DNA from: Bacteroidota bacterium
Lineage (GTDB): Bacteria; Bacteroidota; Bacteroidia; 2-12-FULL-35-15
Reading direction: 5' to 3'
Assembly: GCA_043742725.1 (NCBI GenBank)
Contig: JAYTXX010000141.1
Location: 1-54,928, forward strand
DNA: 54,928 nt
Shown: in pieces, positions 18,720 through 28,283 of the stretch
How positions within the stretch are numbered: the stretch's first letter is position 1
Layout: the number at the start of each line of letters is the position of its first letter
Notes under the pieces: model-generated
Databases searched by the model: none
Seen by the model: only the letters and a program-made list of their open reading frames with translations
Told to the model about the DNA's origin: nothing
Translations under genes and position numbers: made by a program

Positions 18720-20933
18720 ATGTATCGTATAATTTTATTTTTAATTTTCATTGCTCATTCATTAGCAGCTCAACACACTATGGGAAAAGTGTTTGGCATT
18801 AATGATAAAGGAGCAAATGAAGCTTTGCCAGGAGCAAATGTTTATTGGCAAAATACCATGATTGGTAGCACAACAGATGCCAATGGAATGTTTCAAATTC
18901 CCAATCCAGACAGTGTTCCAGCAAAATTAATTGTGAGTTTGGTTGGTTATGTGAGCGATACCTTGCTTGTTAAAGTTAGTAACCAAATGGATTTGAAAAT
19001 AATTTTAAAAAATTCTATTACACTCAAAGAAATAAATGTGGAAGCGAAACAAAACTCAACATTGTACTCTTCGTTCAATCCAATTAATACAGAAATAATA
19101 AGTGGAAAAGAATTATTGAAAGCTGCGTGTTGTAATCTTTCCGAAAGCTTTAGCACCAACGCATCGGTTGATGTTGCTTTTACAGATGCTGTTTCGGGAG
19201 CAAAAAAAATTCAGATGCTTGGTTTAGATGGCGTTTACACACAATTACTTTCTGAAAACATTCCAATAATGAGAGGACTTTCGGCTGGTTATGGAATTAA
19301 TTATATTCCAGGAACTTGGATTGATAATATTTTAGTTACCAAAGGAACAGGTAGTGTTGTTAATGGTTATGAAAGTATTTCTGGACAAATTAATTTGGAA
19401 TTTTTAAAACCACAGGAGCAAAAAAAACGCTTTTTCATTAATATTTATGGTAATGAAAAAGGTAGAGCAGAAGCTAATATTCATTTTGCAAAAAAGCTAA
19501 ATGATAAATGGAGCACTATGCTTTTTGTACACGCAAACGATTTGAGTGTGAAGCAAGATATGAACAAAGATGGTTTTTTAGATATGCCATTAATTCGTCA
19601 GTATAATGTTTTCAATCGTTGGAATTATCACAGTGGTAAGCGTTTGGAAGCACAACTTGGAATAAAAGCGTTGTATGAAACACGTCAAGGTGGACAAACA
19701 AATTTTAATTATTCTTCCGATTACGGAACTACAAAATCGTACGGAATAGGCATTAATACAAAGCAAGTAGAATATTTTTCAAAAACAGGAATTTTATTTC
19801 CAGCCACACCTTACAAAAGTATTGGAATACAAACTTCAGGAAAATGGCAACAACAGGAAATGTATTTTGGTTTGCGAAAATATAAGGGAGAACAAAAAAA
19901 TTTTTATGCAAATGTGATTTATGCAAGTATTATTAATAACACAAATCATAAATATAAAATTGGCGCAAGTTATTTGTGGGACGATTATAATGAAAAATAT
20001 AATGATTCCGCATTTGTAAGAACAGAAAGCGTTCCGGGTGTTTTTGCGGAATACACCTATACATATTTAGAAAAATTTTCGTTGGTGGCAGGAGTGCGAG
20101 AAGATTATCATAATTTATATGGAATGCAATTTACACCTCGTTTGCATTTGCGTTGGAACGCAACAAAATCAACTACTTTAAGAATGTCAGGTGGAAGAGG
20201 ATTTAGAACTTCAAACATTTTTATTGAAAACCAATCGGTGTTCGCAAGTTCAAGAAAAGTAATTGTTCAAGAAAAATTTAAGCCCGAAATAGCTTGGAAT
20301 TATGGCTTTTCAGCGAATCAAAAATTCAAATTATTCGGCAACGAAGCATTTATAAATGTAGATTTTTTTAGAACTGATTTTCAAAATCAAATCATTGTTG
20401 ATTTAGACCAAAATGTAAATAAAGTAGTGTTTTATAATTTGAAAGGTCAATCATATTCCAATAGTCTGCAAGTTGATTTTGGTTTTGAACCGATAAAAGA
20501 ATTTGCCATAAAATTAGCTTACAAATGGTACGATGTAAAAACTACTTATAACTATGAATTGCTTGACAAACCCTATGTTCCAAAGCATCGTGTAATGTTG
20601 AATTTATCGTATTCAACGTACAAAGAAATTTGGAAATTTGATTTCACAATCAATTGGTTAGCCGAAAGTAGAATCCCAAGTACGGTGTTAAGCCCTGTGG
20701 AATATCAACTTTCCACACATTCAAAAAGTTATTTTTTATTACAAGCACAAATCACAAAAAAATTCAGGAAATTTGATTTGTATTTGGGTTGCGAAAATAT
20801 TTTGAATTATACACAATCAAATCCTATTGTTGCATCTGAAAATCCTTTTGGAACTAATTTTGATGCATCAATGATATACGCACCAATTGATGGACGAATA
20901 ACTTATTTAGGAATAAGATTAAGTATTAAATAA
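18720..20933 (+). CDS. TonB-dependent outer-membrane receptor with a Cys-Cys plug motif (probable heavy-metal substrate)
   Basis: Signal peptide, carboxypeptidase-regulatory-like N-domain, ELLKAACCNLSESF, KGTGSVVNGYESISGQIN plug end, barrel strands, terminal GRITYLGIRLSIK. Confidence 0.92.
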   Translation: MYRIILFLIFIAHSLAAQHTMGKVFGINDKGANEALPGANVYWQNTMIGSTTDANGMFQIPNPDSVPAKLIVSLVGYVSDTLLVKVSNQMDLKIILKNSITLKEINVEAKQNSTLYSSFNPINTEIISGKELLKAACCNLSESFSTNASVDVAFTDAVSGAKKIQMLGLDGVYTQLLSENIPIMRGLSAGYGINYIPGTWIDNILVTKGTGSVVNGYESISGQINLEFLKPQEQKKRFFINIYGNEKGRAEANIHFAKKLNDKWSTMLFVHANDLSVKQDMNKDGFLDMPLIRQYNVFNRWNYHSGKRLEAQLGIKALYETRQGGQTNFNYSSDYGTTKSYGIGINTKQVEYFSKTGILFPATPYKSIGIQTSGKWQQQEMYFGLRKYKGEQKNFYANVIYASIINNTNHKYKIGASYLWDDYNEKYNDSAFVRTESVPGVFAEYTYTYLEKFSLVAGVREDYHNLYGMQFTPRLHLRWNATKSTTLRMSGGRGFRTSNIFIENQSVFASSRKVIVQEKFKPEIAWNYGFSANQKFKLFGNEAFINVDFFRTDFQNQIIVDLDQNVNKVVFYNLKGQSYSNSLQVDFGFEPIKEFAIKLAYKWYDVKTTYNYELLDKPYVPKHRVMLNLSYSTYKEIWKFDFTINWLAESRIPSTVLSPVEYQLSTHSKSYFLLQAQITKKFRKFDLYLGCENILNYTQSNPIVASENPFGTNFDASMIYAPIDGRITYLGIRLSIK

Positions 20934-20950
20934 ATTTTAATTTTTAAAAA

Positions 20951-21316
20951 ATGAAAACAGTTAAATCAGCAATATTATTAGGCATTATAGTAATGCTTGT
21001 AATTTTTACAAACAACAAAACAATTGCACAGGAATCGAAATTTGCAGAAGTAAAAATTAAAACTTCATCGGTGTGTAATATGTGTAAAGAAACGATTGAA
21101 AAAGCATTGGCATTTGAAAAAGGTGTGAAAAAATCGGACTTGGAGGTAAAAACAGCAATAGTAACAGTTACTTACAATCCATTAAAAACATCACCTGAAA
21201 AAATTCGCATTGCTATTTCCAATGCAGGTTATGATGCTGATGATGTAAAAGCAAATCCGAAAGCGTATAAAAAATTGGATGAGTGTTGTAAAAAAGAAAA
21301 TCAAATACACGAGTAA
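20951..21316 (+). CDS. Periplasmic heavy-metal-associated (HMA, MerP/CopZ-like) protein
   Basis: Signal peptide, CNMC, IEKAL...GVK, AGY, C-terminal ECC. Confidence 0.88.
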   Translation: MKTVKSAILLGIIVMLVIFTNNKTIAQESKFAEVKIKTSSVCNMCKETIEKALAFEKGVKKSDLEVKTAIVTVTYNPLKTSPEKIRIAISNAGYDADDVKANPKAYKKLDECCKKENQIHE

Positions 21317-21344
21317 AAAATAAATTAATAAAAAAACAAAAACA

Positions 21345-21866
21345 ATGGCATTAATAAAATCGGTAAAAGGTGTTCATCCCAAATTTGGAAAAGATTGTTA
21401 TCTCGCAGAAAATTCAACCATTGTAGGAGATGTAGAAATGGGTGAACAATGCAGTGTTTGGTTTAATGCAGTTGTTCGTGGTGATGTAAATTCCATTAGA
21501 ATGGGAAACAAAGTGAATGTGCAAGATGGAGCAGTAATACATTGTACATACGAAAAAACAAAAACCATAATTGGTAACAATGTTTCTATTGGACACAATG
21601 CGTTGGTTCACGGATGTACTATTCACGATAATGTGTTGATTGGAATGGGTGCAATTGTAATGGATAATTGCGAAATTGGAAGCAATACTATTATTGCCGC
21701 AGGCGCTGTGGTACTGGAAAATACCAAAGTTGAGTCGGGAGTAATTTATGCTGGAGTTCCTGCAAAAAAAGTGAAAGATATTAATCAGGAATTAATACAC
21801 GGAGAAATAAATCGTATTGCAAATAATTATGTGATGTATAGTGGTTGGTTTAAAGAAGAAAAGTAA
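21345..21866 (+). CDS. Gamma carbonic anhydrase family (left-handed beta-helix) protein
   Basis: VWFNAVVRGDVN, NVQDGAVIH, IGHNALVHGC, hexapeptide repeats. Confidence 0.93.
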   Translation: MALIKSVKGVHPKFGKDCYLAENSTIVGDVEMGEQCSVWFNAVVRGDVNSIRMGNKVNVQDGAVIHCTYEKTKTIIGNNVSIGHNALVHGCTIHDNVLIGMGAIVMDNCEIGSNTIIAAGAVVLENTKVESGVIYAGVPAKKVKDINQELIHGEINRIANNYVMYSGWFKEEK

Positions 21867-21870
21867 ATTT

Positions 21871-22848
21871 TTATTTTAAAAAATCTTCTAATTTTATTTT
21901 TTCTGTTTCTTTTGTTTCATAAGGATTTAAAGTAATTTCAAAAGAAGAATAAGAAACACTACTTCCAATTTTTTGTTGATGCATTTGTAAATTTTCTTTT
22001 CCCGAATTTAATTTCAAAAAACCAACTTCATCTTTAAATCCGCCAGTAATAGTATTTGTCAAGTGTTTTTTCGCATCCCAATTATTTCCAAAATAAGCTT
22101 TTAACAAATAAACTCCATCAGGAATGTTATTCATTTTAAAAGTAGTTCCTCTTGTCATGTATTGATTCCGTATAGTTTTATGTGGTTCATTCACTTCTTG
22201 TAAACACACTATCGCTTCGCAATTATTGCTATTATTAATTGTAATTGCATTTTTACTTTTATTGTCATACACTTCTTGCCCAAAAAAATCGGTATAAGGC
22301 GAGTCGAAAATATTTATGCTTGTGTCATCTTCTACTTCTTTAATTAGAGGATCTTCAATTTTTGTAATTCCTTGTTCCGAAATACTTTTTGGGTTTTCAC
22401 TTTTTGTTGAATATGAAATAATAAAGTAAAGTAAAATCATTGCAATGCCAATACTTATCAATATTGGATGTCTTTCGGTTTTTTCGGTTTTTTTATTTTG
22501 TGTGGTTTTGGATTGATAAAAATTTTGTTTTTGTTTTTGTTTTTCTTGTTGTTGTGCATATTGGTATGCATTGCCATTGTAGTTTGTATTTGTGGCGCGT
22601 GTGCGTGTTTGTGTGGTTTGTTGCGAAGAAGAATAGCTAAATTTCAAATCATATTTTTTTCTTTTTTCAGGATTTGAAAGTACAGCATAGGCTTGTTGAA
22701 TTTCTTTAAAAAAATCTTCTGCGGCTTTGTTACCTGGGTTTCTATCGGGATGATATTTTTTTGCAAGCTCACGATAAACCGTTTTTATTTCTGCAAAAGT
22801 TGCAGTGTTTTTAATTCCTAAAACGATATAATAATTTGTGAAAGCCAT
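21871..22848 (-). CDS. Membrane-anchored J-domain protein (class C DnaJ) with a C-terminal exported beta domain
   Basis: YYIVLG...YHPDRN...[21 protein letters not shown]; central TM helix. Confidence 0.9.
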   Translation of the reverse strand: MAFTNYYIVLGIKNTATFAEIKTVYRELAKKYHPDRNPGNKAAEDFFKEIQQAYAVLSNPEKRKKYDLKFSYSSSQQTTQTRTRATNTNYNGNAYQYAQQQEKQKQKQNFYQSKTTQNKKTEKTERHPILISIGIAMILLYFIISYSTKSENPKSISEQGITKIEDPLIKEVEDDTSINIFDSPYTDFFGQEVYDNKSKNAITINNSNNCEAIVCLQEVNEPHKTIRNQYMTRGTTFKMNNIPDGVYLLKAYFGNNWDAKKHLTNTITGGFKDEVGFLKLNSGKENLQMHQQKIGSSVSYSSFEITLNPYETKETEKIKLEDFLK

Positions 22849-22860
22849 TTGTATATAAAC

Positions 22861-22898
22861 AAAAAACCCTGCCCAATTAATTGTTGGCAGGGCTTTTT
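22861..22898 (-). terminator. Intrinsic terminator after the solute-binding protein gene
   Basis: CCCTGCC/GGCAGGG stem flanked by A and T tracts. Confidence 0.7.
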
Positions 22899-22912
22899 AG
22901 TGTTTTAATGTT

Positions 22913-24649
22913 TTATTTTTTTTCTTCAGTGGTTTCTTCTTTCGAAACTAAATTTTTAATATACACTTGTGAATAATCTCTGTAGCGCATCGGGTTAAAG
23001 AAAAAATTGTGCACGTTTGATTTTAACAAACGATAATTTTCTTCGTACCACAAAACAATAATTGGCGAATCGTCCATTAATTTTTGTTCCGCTTGTAAAA
23101 AATAATTATAGCTTTCTTCTTGCGTTTTTGCCGCTTTTCCTGCTTCAAACAAACTATCGTATTCAGCATTTTTGTAACGAGTAGAATTTGGGAATGATGG
23201 CAATGAAATATCATTTGGAACGGTTGCTCCATAAGCTATCCACAAAAAATTTTCTGGACTTGGAAAATCTGCAATCCAAGCAGCACGGAACATTTCGGCA
23301 CGAGCATATTGTTCATCTTCCAATTTTTGTTTTTGCGATACAACTTCAAAATCAAGATTTATATTTAATACTTCCATCAATTGTTTTTGTATTTCAACAA
23401 CCACATTTGTGTTTTTAGTTCCTCCACTATTCAATTCAATTTTTATTTTCGGAAATCCTTTTCCATTTGGGTAACCAGCTTCAGCCAATAATTTTTTTGC
23501 CAATTCAGGATTAAAATCATAGCCTTTTATTTTGCTAATATCGTATCCTTTGAATGATGGTGGGCATAATCCATTTATGCCAGGACCGTATGCTTCGCCT
23601 TTTAAAATATTTTCCACAATTTTATTCTTATCAATTGCATAAGCAAATGCCTGACGAACTTTCAAATTGTTAAATGGTTCTTTTGTTAAATTTAATTCAT
23701 AATACTGGCTACCCATTTCTGGGGAGCGTTCCAAAATATATTTTGGCGTTTTGCTTTGAAAATTACTTATTTCATTTTCTACCAAATCTTTTATTGATTC
23801 TGATGGCAAGCCTGTAACCATTGATAAATTGCCATTTTCAAAATTATCAAGTTCTTCTTTTTTAGATGTAGCGGCATTAATTATAATAGAATCTAAAAAA
23901 GGCAATTGATTGCCCAAAGAATCGGTTCCATAATAGTTGTTGTTTCTTACCAGAATCGCATTGCTTTTATCATTGTTTGGAACAAGTGTAAAAGCACCCG
24001 TTCCTACGCTTAATGATGAACCATATTTTTCGTATGCTTCTTTTGCAATTACACTTGTAGTTGGCAATGCTAACACTGATAAAAACGATGCACTTGGTGC
24101 GGTGAGTTTTATTTGTAAGGTGTAATCGTCAATAATTTTAATTCCTTCAATATTGCCATTTGGTTTGCCTTTACTCGCTTCAAAAAATTTATTTGCCCCT
24201 TCAACTCGGTCTTTAAAAGTTGCTCCAAAGTTCAAATTTTCTTTCATATCTGTACAAAGCAATTCAAATGAATATTTAAAATCTGCTGCCTTTACTTCTC
24301 TTCCTTTTCCTCCCGAAAAACATTCATCATCATGAAAATATACTCCTTTTTTCAAATGAAAAGTATAGGTTGTTCCGTTGGCATCTTCTTCCCATTTTTC
24401 GGCAATACAAGGTATAATGCTCAAATCTTTTGGATTAAATTTAACTAATCCTTCATAAATTTGATTTGCAATATGCCCCGAACTAACATCGGTAATAGAT
24501 GCAGGAAATAATGTTTGGTACAAATCAATTTCGTTAACTCGTAGAGTTCCGCCATAAACACGATCCCCCTTTGCTATTCTTTTTTCAGAATGGGTACATC
24601 CGCCCAATATTAATGCTACGGAGACACTTATAAGGAATACTTTTTTCAT
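22913..24649 (-). CDS. ABC transporter family-5 (OppA/DppA-like) substrate-binding lipoprotein
   Basis: Lipobox LGGC after MKK (start at 24649), IYEGLV, YTFHLKKGVYFHD, VRQAFAYAIDK, AKKLLAEAGY. Confidence 0.92.
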   Translation of the reverse strand: MKKVFLISVSVALILGGCTHSEKRIAKGDRVYGGTLRVNEIDLYQTLFPASITDVSSGHIANQIYEGLVKFNPKDLSIIPCIAEKWEEDANGTTYTFHLKKGVYFHDDECFSGGKGREVKAADFKYSFELLCTDMKENLNFGATFKDRVEGANKFFEASKGKPNGNIEGIKIIDDYTLQIKLTAPSASFLSVLALPTTSVIAKEAYEKYGSSLSVGTGAFTLVPNNDKSNAILVRNNNYYGTDSLGNQLPFLDSIIINAATSKKEELDNFENGNLSMVTGLPSESIKDLVENEISNFQSKTPKYILERSPEMGSQYYELNLTKEPFNNLKVRQAFAYAIDKNKIVENILKGEAYGPGINGLCPPSFKGYDISKIKGYDFNPELAKKLLAEAGYPNGKGFPKIKIELNSGGTKNTNVVVEIQKQLMEVLNINLDFEVVSQKQKLEDEQYARAEMFRAAWIADFPSPENFLWIAYGATVPNDISLPSFPNSTRYKNAEYDSLFEAGKAAKTQEESYNYFLQAEQKLMDDSPIIVLWYEENYRLLKSNVHNFFFNPMRYRDYSQVYIKNLVSKEETTEEKK

Positions 24650-24889
24650 TTGTTTTCGATTTGTTAAACCATGAATATTATACAAGAATAGTTTATCTTT
24701 TACGAAATTGCAAATAAATTTTATTCTTTTAAATAAAGGTGATTATATCATAAATTTTATTTAATTTGCAATGTTTATTAAAAAAAATATAAATTTGTTT
24801 TGAAATTCTCAAATAAGATTTTAATATTGCATTACCAAAATGAGTTACAGTAAAATTAAAATTGTTCTTCTTTTTAAAAAATAGTTGAT

Positions 24890-25693
24890 ATGAAAAAAGT
24901 AATTTTTGCCATCGTTTGTTCACTTGCTTCCACAGCAGGTTTTTCTCTGGGAACTATTGTTCTTGAGGGAAATTATCAAGGAAAAAATCTATATATCCAA
25001 AACCCATTTGGTTCTGGAGGTGTTGGATTTTGTGTAAAGGAAGTTAGAGTTAATGGAAACGTAACATCTGACGAATGGGCTTCAAGTGCCTTTGAAGTTG
25101 ATTTTAGAAACTGCCAACTTAAAGTAGGAGATAAGGTAGAAGTAAAAATTAGTTATAGCAGTGATTGTAAACCAAAAATTCTTAATCCAGAAGTATTAAA
25201 ACCAAAAAGTACATTTGAAGTTGCAACAATGGCAATTGATAAAGATTTAACTTTGAAGTGGTCATCAAAAGGAGAATCAGGAAAACTTACTTACGTTGTT
25301 GAACAATATCGCTGGAGCAAATGGGTAAAAGTAGGTGAAGTGGAAGGTGCTGGAACGGCTGATTTGAACAACTATTCATTTAAAGTAACCCCACATTCAG
25401 GAAAAAATCAATTTCGAGTAAAACAAATTGATTATACTGGTTTGCCTCGCGTATCAAAATCAATTGATTATAGTTCTGCTGTACACGAAATTACTTTTAG
25501 CCCTGCAAAAGTTTCAAAGGAAATTTCTTTTCTGTCTGGTAGTGCAGCTACAGAAACTATGTTTGAAATATATGACCAATATGGAAATATTGTAAAGAAA
25601 GGTTTTGCTTCAACTGTAGATGCATCTAATCTTCCAAAGGGAGCATATTATTTGAATTACGATAATAAAATGGGAGAATTTATTAAAAAATAA
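24890..25693 (+). CDS. Secreted beta-rich hypothetical protein with a type A T9SS-like C-terminal signal
   Basis: Signal peptide; IYDQYGNIV...SNLPKGAYYL...EFIKK. Confidence 0.75.
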   Translation: MKKVIFAIVCSLASTAGFSLGTIVLEGNYQGKNLYIQNPFGSGGVGFCVKEVRVNGNVTSDEWASSAFEVDFRNCQLKVGDKVEVKISYSSDCKPKILNPEVLKPKSTFEVATMAIDKDLTLKWSSKGESGKLTYVVEQYRWSKWVKVGEVEGAGTADLNNYSFKVTPHSGKNQFRVKQIDYTGLPRVSKSIDYSSAVHEITFSPAKVSKEISFLSGSAATETMFEIYDQYGNIVKKGFASTVDASNLPKGAYYLNYDNKMGEFIKK

Positions 25694-25712
25694 TTCTCGA
25701 TAAAATTTATAT

Positions 25713-25750
25713 AAAATAATCCCGATGTAAAAAATCGGGATTATTTTTTT
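25713..25750 (+). terminator. Intrinsic terminator
   Basis: AAAATAATCCCGAT / ATCGGGATTATTTT stem plus T run. Confidence 0.85.
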
Positions 25751-25768
25751 GTAAAAATAGCTTTTGCA

Positions 25769-26170
25769 ATGCTTAAAATAGAACACTTAGGAATAGCAGT
25801 AAAAAATATAGAACAATCGAATGACTTGTTTACAAAGTTATTTGGTAAAGTGCCTTACAAATTAGAAAAGGTAGAAAGTGAAAATGTTTCAACTTCCTTT
25901 TTTATGATTGGCGAAAGCAAAATAGAATTACTTGAAGCAACAAATCCAGATAGTGCGATTGCAAAATTTATTGAAAAAAAAGGAGAAGGAATTCACCACA
26001 TTGCTTTTGAAGTAACAGATATTTATGCTGAAATGAAACGCTTGCAAAGCGAAGGATTTACGCTGCTTTCGGAAGAACCTAAAAAAGGTGCAGATAATAA
26101 ATTGATTTGTTTTATACATCCAAAAACTTCCAATGGTGTGTTGATAGAATTGTGTCAGGAAATAAAATAA
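25769..26170 (+). CDS. mce: Methylmalonyl-CoA epimerase
   Basis: IEHLGIAV, KIELLE, GEGIHHIAF, FIHPK, GVLIELCQ. Confidence 0.93.
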   Translation: MLKIEHLGIAVKNIEQSNDLFTKLFGKVPYKLEKVESENVSTSFFMIGESKIELLEATNPDSAIAKFIEKKGEGIHHIAFEVTDIYAEMKRLQSEGFTLLSEEPKKGADNKLICFIHPKTSNGVLIELCQEIK

Positions 26171-26797
26171 TTAAATCAAATTTAAAATACTTTCTTTTTT
26201 TACATCCAGCCAATAGGTTTGAATGCCCAGCTTTTTAGCCGCGTCTATATGTTGTATGGAGTCATCTATGAAAAGAGTTTCATTGGCATTTAATTTATTT
26301 TCTTGTAAAACCAATTCAAAAATTTCGGCATCGGGTTTTCGCATTTTCACTTTGTATGACAAATACATTTTCTCAAAACAGCTTGATAAATCAGCCATTT
26401 CAAATGTATTTTGTAAATAATGATTAAAAGTATTGATATGAATTTCGTTGGTATTGCTCAATAAAAATGTACGATGTGTTTGTTTTACTTGTTTGAGTAA
26501 ATGGATGCGTTCGATAGGTAAATCAAGTAACATCGAATTCCAAGCATTGTCAATAGTTGTGTTGTTGATGTTATTTGGCAGATAAATTTTGAGTTGTTCT
26601 CTAAACTCATCCGAAGAAATCAATCCTTTTTCGTACAAATCAAACAATTGTTTTTGATTAGCTTGAGAAAACAGCGTTTCAAAATCACGTAATCCTATCT
26701 GCTTAAAAGCATCTACAGCAAGCTGATAATTGATATTGAGAATAACTCCACCCAAATCGAAAATGATATTTTTATAGTTGTTTATGTTAATTGCCAT
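26171..26797 (-). CDS. HAD-superfamily phosphatase (YihX-like)
   Basis: FDLGGV, LLSNTN, RKPD, FIDD; start at 26797 because the longer ORF runs into the promoter and the tRNA. Confidence 0.92.
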   Translation of the reverse strand: MAININNYKNIIFDLGGVILNINYQLAVDAFKQIGLRDFETLFSQANQKQLFDLYEKGLISSDEFREQLKIYLPNNINNTTIDNAWNSMLLDLPIERIHLLKQVKQTHRTFLLSNTNEIHINTFNHYLQNTFEMADLSSCFEKMYLSYKVKMRKPDAEIFELVLQENKLNANETLFIDDSIQHIDAAKKLGIQTYWLDVKKESILNLI

Positions 26798-26831
26798 AAT
26801 AAAAATGCAAATTGTGTTTGTTAATTGGATG

Positions 26832-26847
26832 CAAATATATAATTTCG
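26832..26847. promoter_or_regulatory. Back-to-back divergent -7 elements for the HAD gene (TATATTTG, minus) and the tRNA (TAATTTCG, plus)
   Basis: CAAATATA at 26832-26839 abuts TAATTTCG at 26840-26847. Confidence 0.55.
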
Positions 26848-26875
26848 CAGTCCTTAAATTGCAATAAAATGCAAT

Positions 26876-26949
26876 GGGCCTATAGCTCATTCGGTTAGAG
26901 CACCTGACTCATAATCAGGTGGTGCTTGGTTCGATTCCAAGTGGGCCCA
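26876..26949 (+). tRNA. tRNA with CAT anticodon, most likely tRNA-Ile2 (lysidine-modified); CCA not encoded
   Basis: Acceptor GGGCCTA/TGGGCCC, D arm GCTC/GAGC, anticodon arm CCTGA-CTCATAA-TCAGG, T arm CTTGG-TTCGATT-CCAAG; paired G1-C72 and no GGG/CCC anticodon stem exclude fMet; C4-G69 and C5-G68 fit TilS substrates. Confidence 0.93.
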
Positions 26950-26950
26950 C

Positions 26951-26981
26951 AAAAAAGCCGTCATTTTCTGACGGCTTTTTT
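26951..26981. terminator. Bidirectional intrinsic terminator between the tRNA and sucB
   Basis: AAAAAAGCCGTCA / TGACGGCTTTTTT. Confidence 0.9.
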
Positions 26982-27008
26982 ATGTTCAATTGTTTTCTCT
27001 CAAAATTT

Positions 27009-28238
27009 TTATACTCCTAAAACCACTTCATTGGGGTCTTTTCCTCCGAATAGCATTTTAGTTGGGTTCTCAAGCATCTCTTTAACTTTTACTAAAAAGC
27101 CAACAGATTCTCTTCCATCAATTATTCTGTGGTCGTAAGACAATGCAACATACATCATTGGACGAATTACTACTTGCCCGTTTACAGCCACTGGACGTTC
27201 AACCACATTGTGCATTCCAAGTATTGCACTTTGTGGAGGATTGATGATTGGTGTACTCATCATTGAACCAAACACACCACCATTGGTAATGGTGAATGTT
27301 CCACCTGTCATATCTTCTAATGTAATTTTATTATCACGAGCTTTTAATGCAAGATTTTTTATTTCAATTTCAATTTGAGCTAAACTCATTTGTTCTGCAT
27401 TACGAACTACCGGAACTACCAATCCTTTTGGTGCGCTTACTGCAATTCCAATATCAGCATATTTGTGATATACTATTTCATCTCCATCAATCATTGCATT
27501 TACAGCAGGATAAAGATTCAATGCTTCGGTTACTGCTTTTGTGAAAAAACTCATAAAGCCTAAATTGGTTCCATGAACTTCTTTAAACTTGTCTTTGTAT
27601 TTTGCACGCATTGCATAAATTGCACTCATATCTAGTTCGTTAAAAGTAGTAAGCATTGCTGTTTCGTTTTTAACAGCTACTAATCGTTGTGCTAATTTTT
27701 TTCGCAATGGCGACATTTTACTTCTCTCTGTATCTCTGCTTCCGCCCCATGTTTCAGCTGATGAAGCATCAAATCCTTTTGCTAAAACATTCAACACATC
27801 TGCTTTTGTAATACGTCCATCTTTGCCCGATGCTGTAATTTTTGTTGTAGGAATTTTATTTTCTTCCATCAATTTTTTAGCAGCGGGAGAAGGTGTTCCG
27901 CTTGCATAGTTTTCCATTTTCGCAACTTCTTTTTTCACCTCTACTTTTGCTGTTTCTTTTTTAGCTTCAACAACAACTTTGGCACTTTCAGTTTTTTTAG
28001 CACTTGTATCAATCGAAAAAACTACTTGACCAACTTTTACTGTATCGCCTTCCGATGCTATTAATTTTACAGCACCTGCCTCTTCTGCATTTATAGTTAA
28101 TGTAGCTTTATCAGAATCCACTTCTGCTACTTCCTCATCTTTTTCAACATAGTCGCCATCTTTTTTCAACCAACGAGCAATTACTACTTCTGTAATTGAT
28201 TCGCCTGGGCTTGGTACTTTCATTTCTATTATTGCCAT
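27009..28238 (-). CDS. sucB: 2-oxoglutarate dehydrogenase E2 (dihydrolipoyllysine succinyltransferase)
   Basis: Lipoyl domain GESITE...SDKA, E3-binding [28 protein letters not shown]. Confidence 0.97.
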   Translation of the reverse strand: MAIIEMKVPSPGESITEVVIARWLKKDGDYVEKDEEVAEVDSDKATLTINAEEAGAVKLIASEGDTVKVGQVVFSIDTSAKKTESAKVVVEAKKETAKVEVKKEVAKMENYASGTPSPAAKKLMEENKIPTTKITASGKDGRITKADVLNVLAKGFDASSAETWGGSRDTERSKMSPLRKKLAQRLVAVKNETAMLTTFNELDMSAIYAMRAKYKDKFKEVHGTNLGFMSFFTKAVTEALNLYPAVNAMIDGDEIVYHKYADIGIAVSAPKGLVVPVVRNAEQMSLAQIEIEIKNLALKARDNKITLEDMTGGTFTITNGGVFGSMMSTPIINPPQSAILGMHNVVERPVAVNGQVVIRPMMYVALSYDHRIIDGRESVGFLVKVKEMLENPTKMLFGGKDPNEVVLGV

Positions 28239-28241
28239 ATC

Positions 28242-28283
28242 TTTAGATTTGAGATGTTAGATTTTTAAAAATCAAAACATCTA
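28242..28283. repeat. Inverted 7-nt-period micro-repeat array at the sucA-sucB junction
   Basis: TTTAGAT TTGAGAT GTTAGAT then the complementary AATCAAA ACATCTA. Confidence 0.55.

Noticed and set aside
24729-24923. 64-aa minus-strand ORF in the divergent promoter region
   Set aside because: Overlaps the start of the plus-strand gene, low complexity, probably spurious
26876-27008. tRNA as an integration site for a genomic island
   Set aside because: It is followed directly by a terminator and sucB; no integrase or duplicated tRNA 3' end seen
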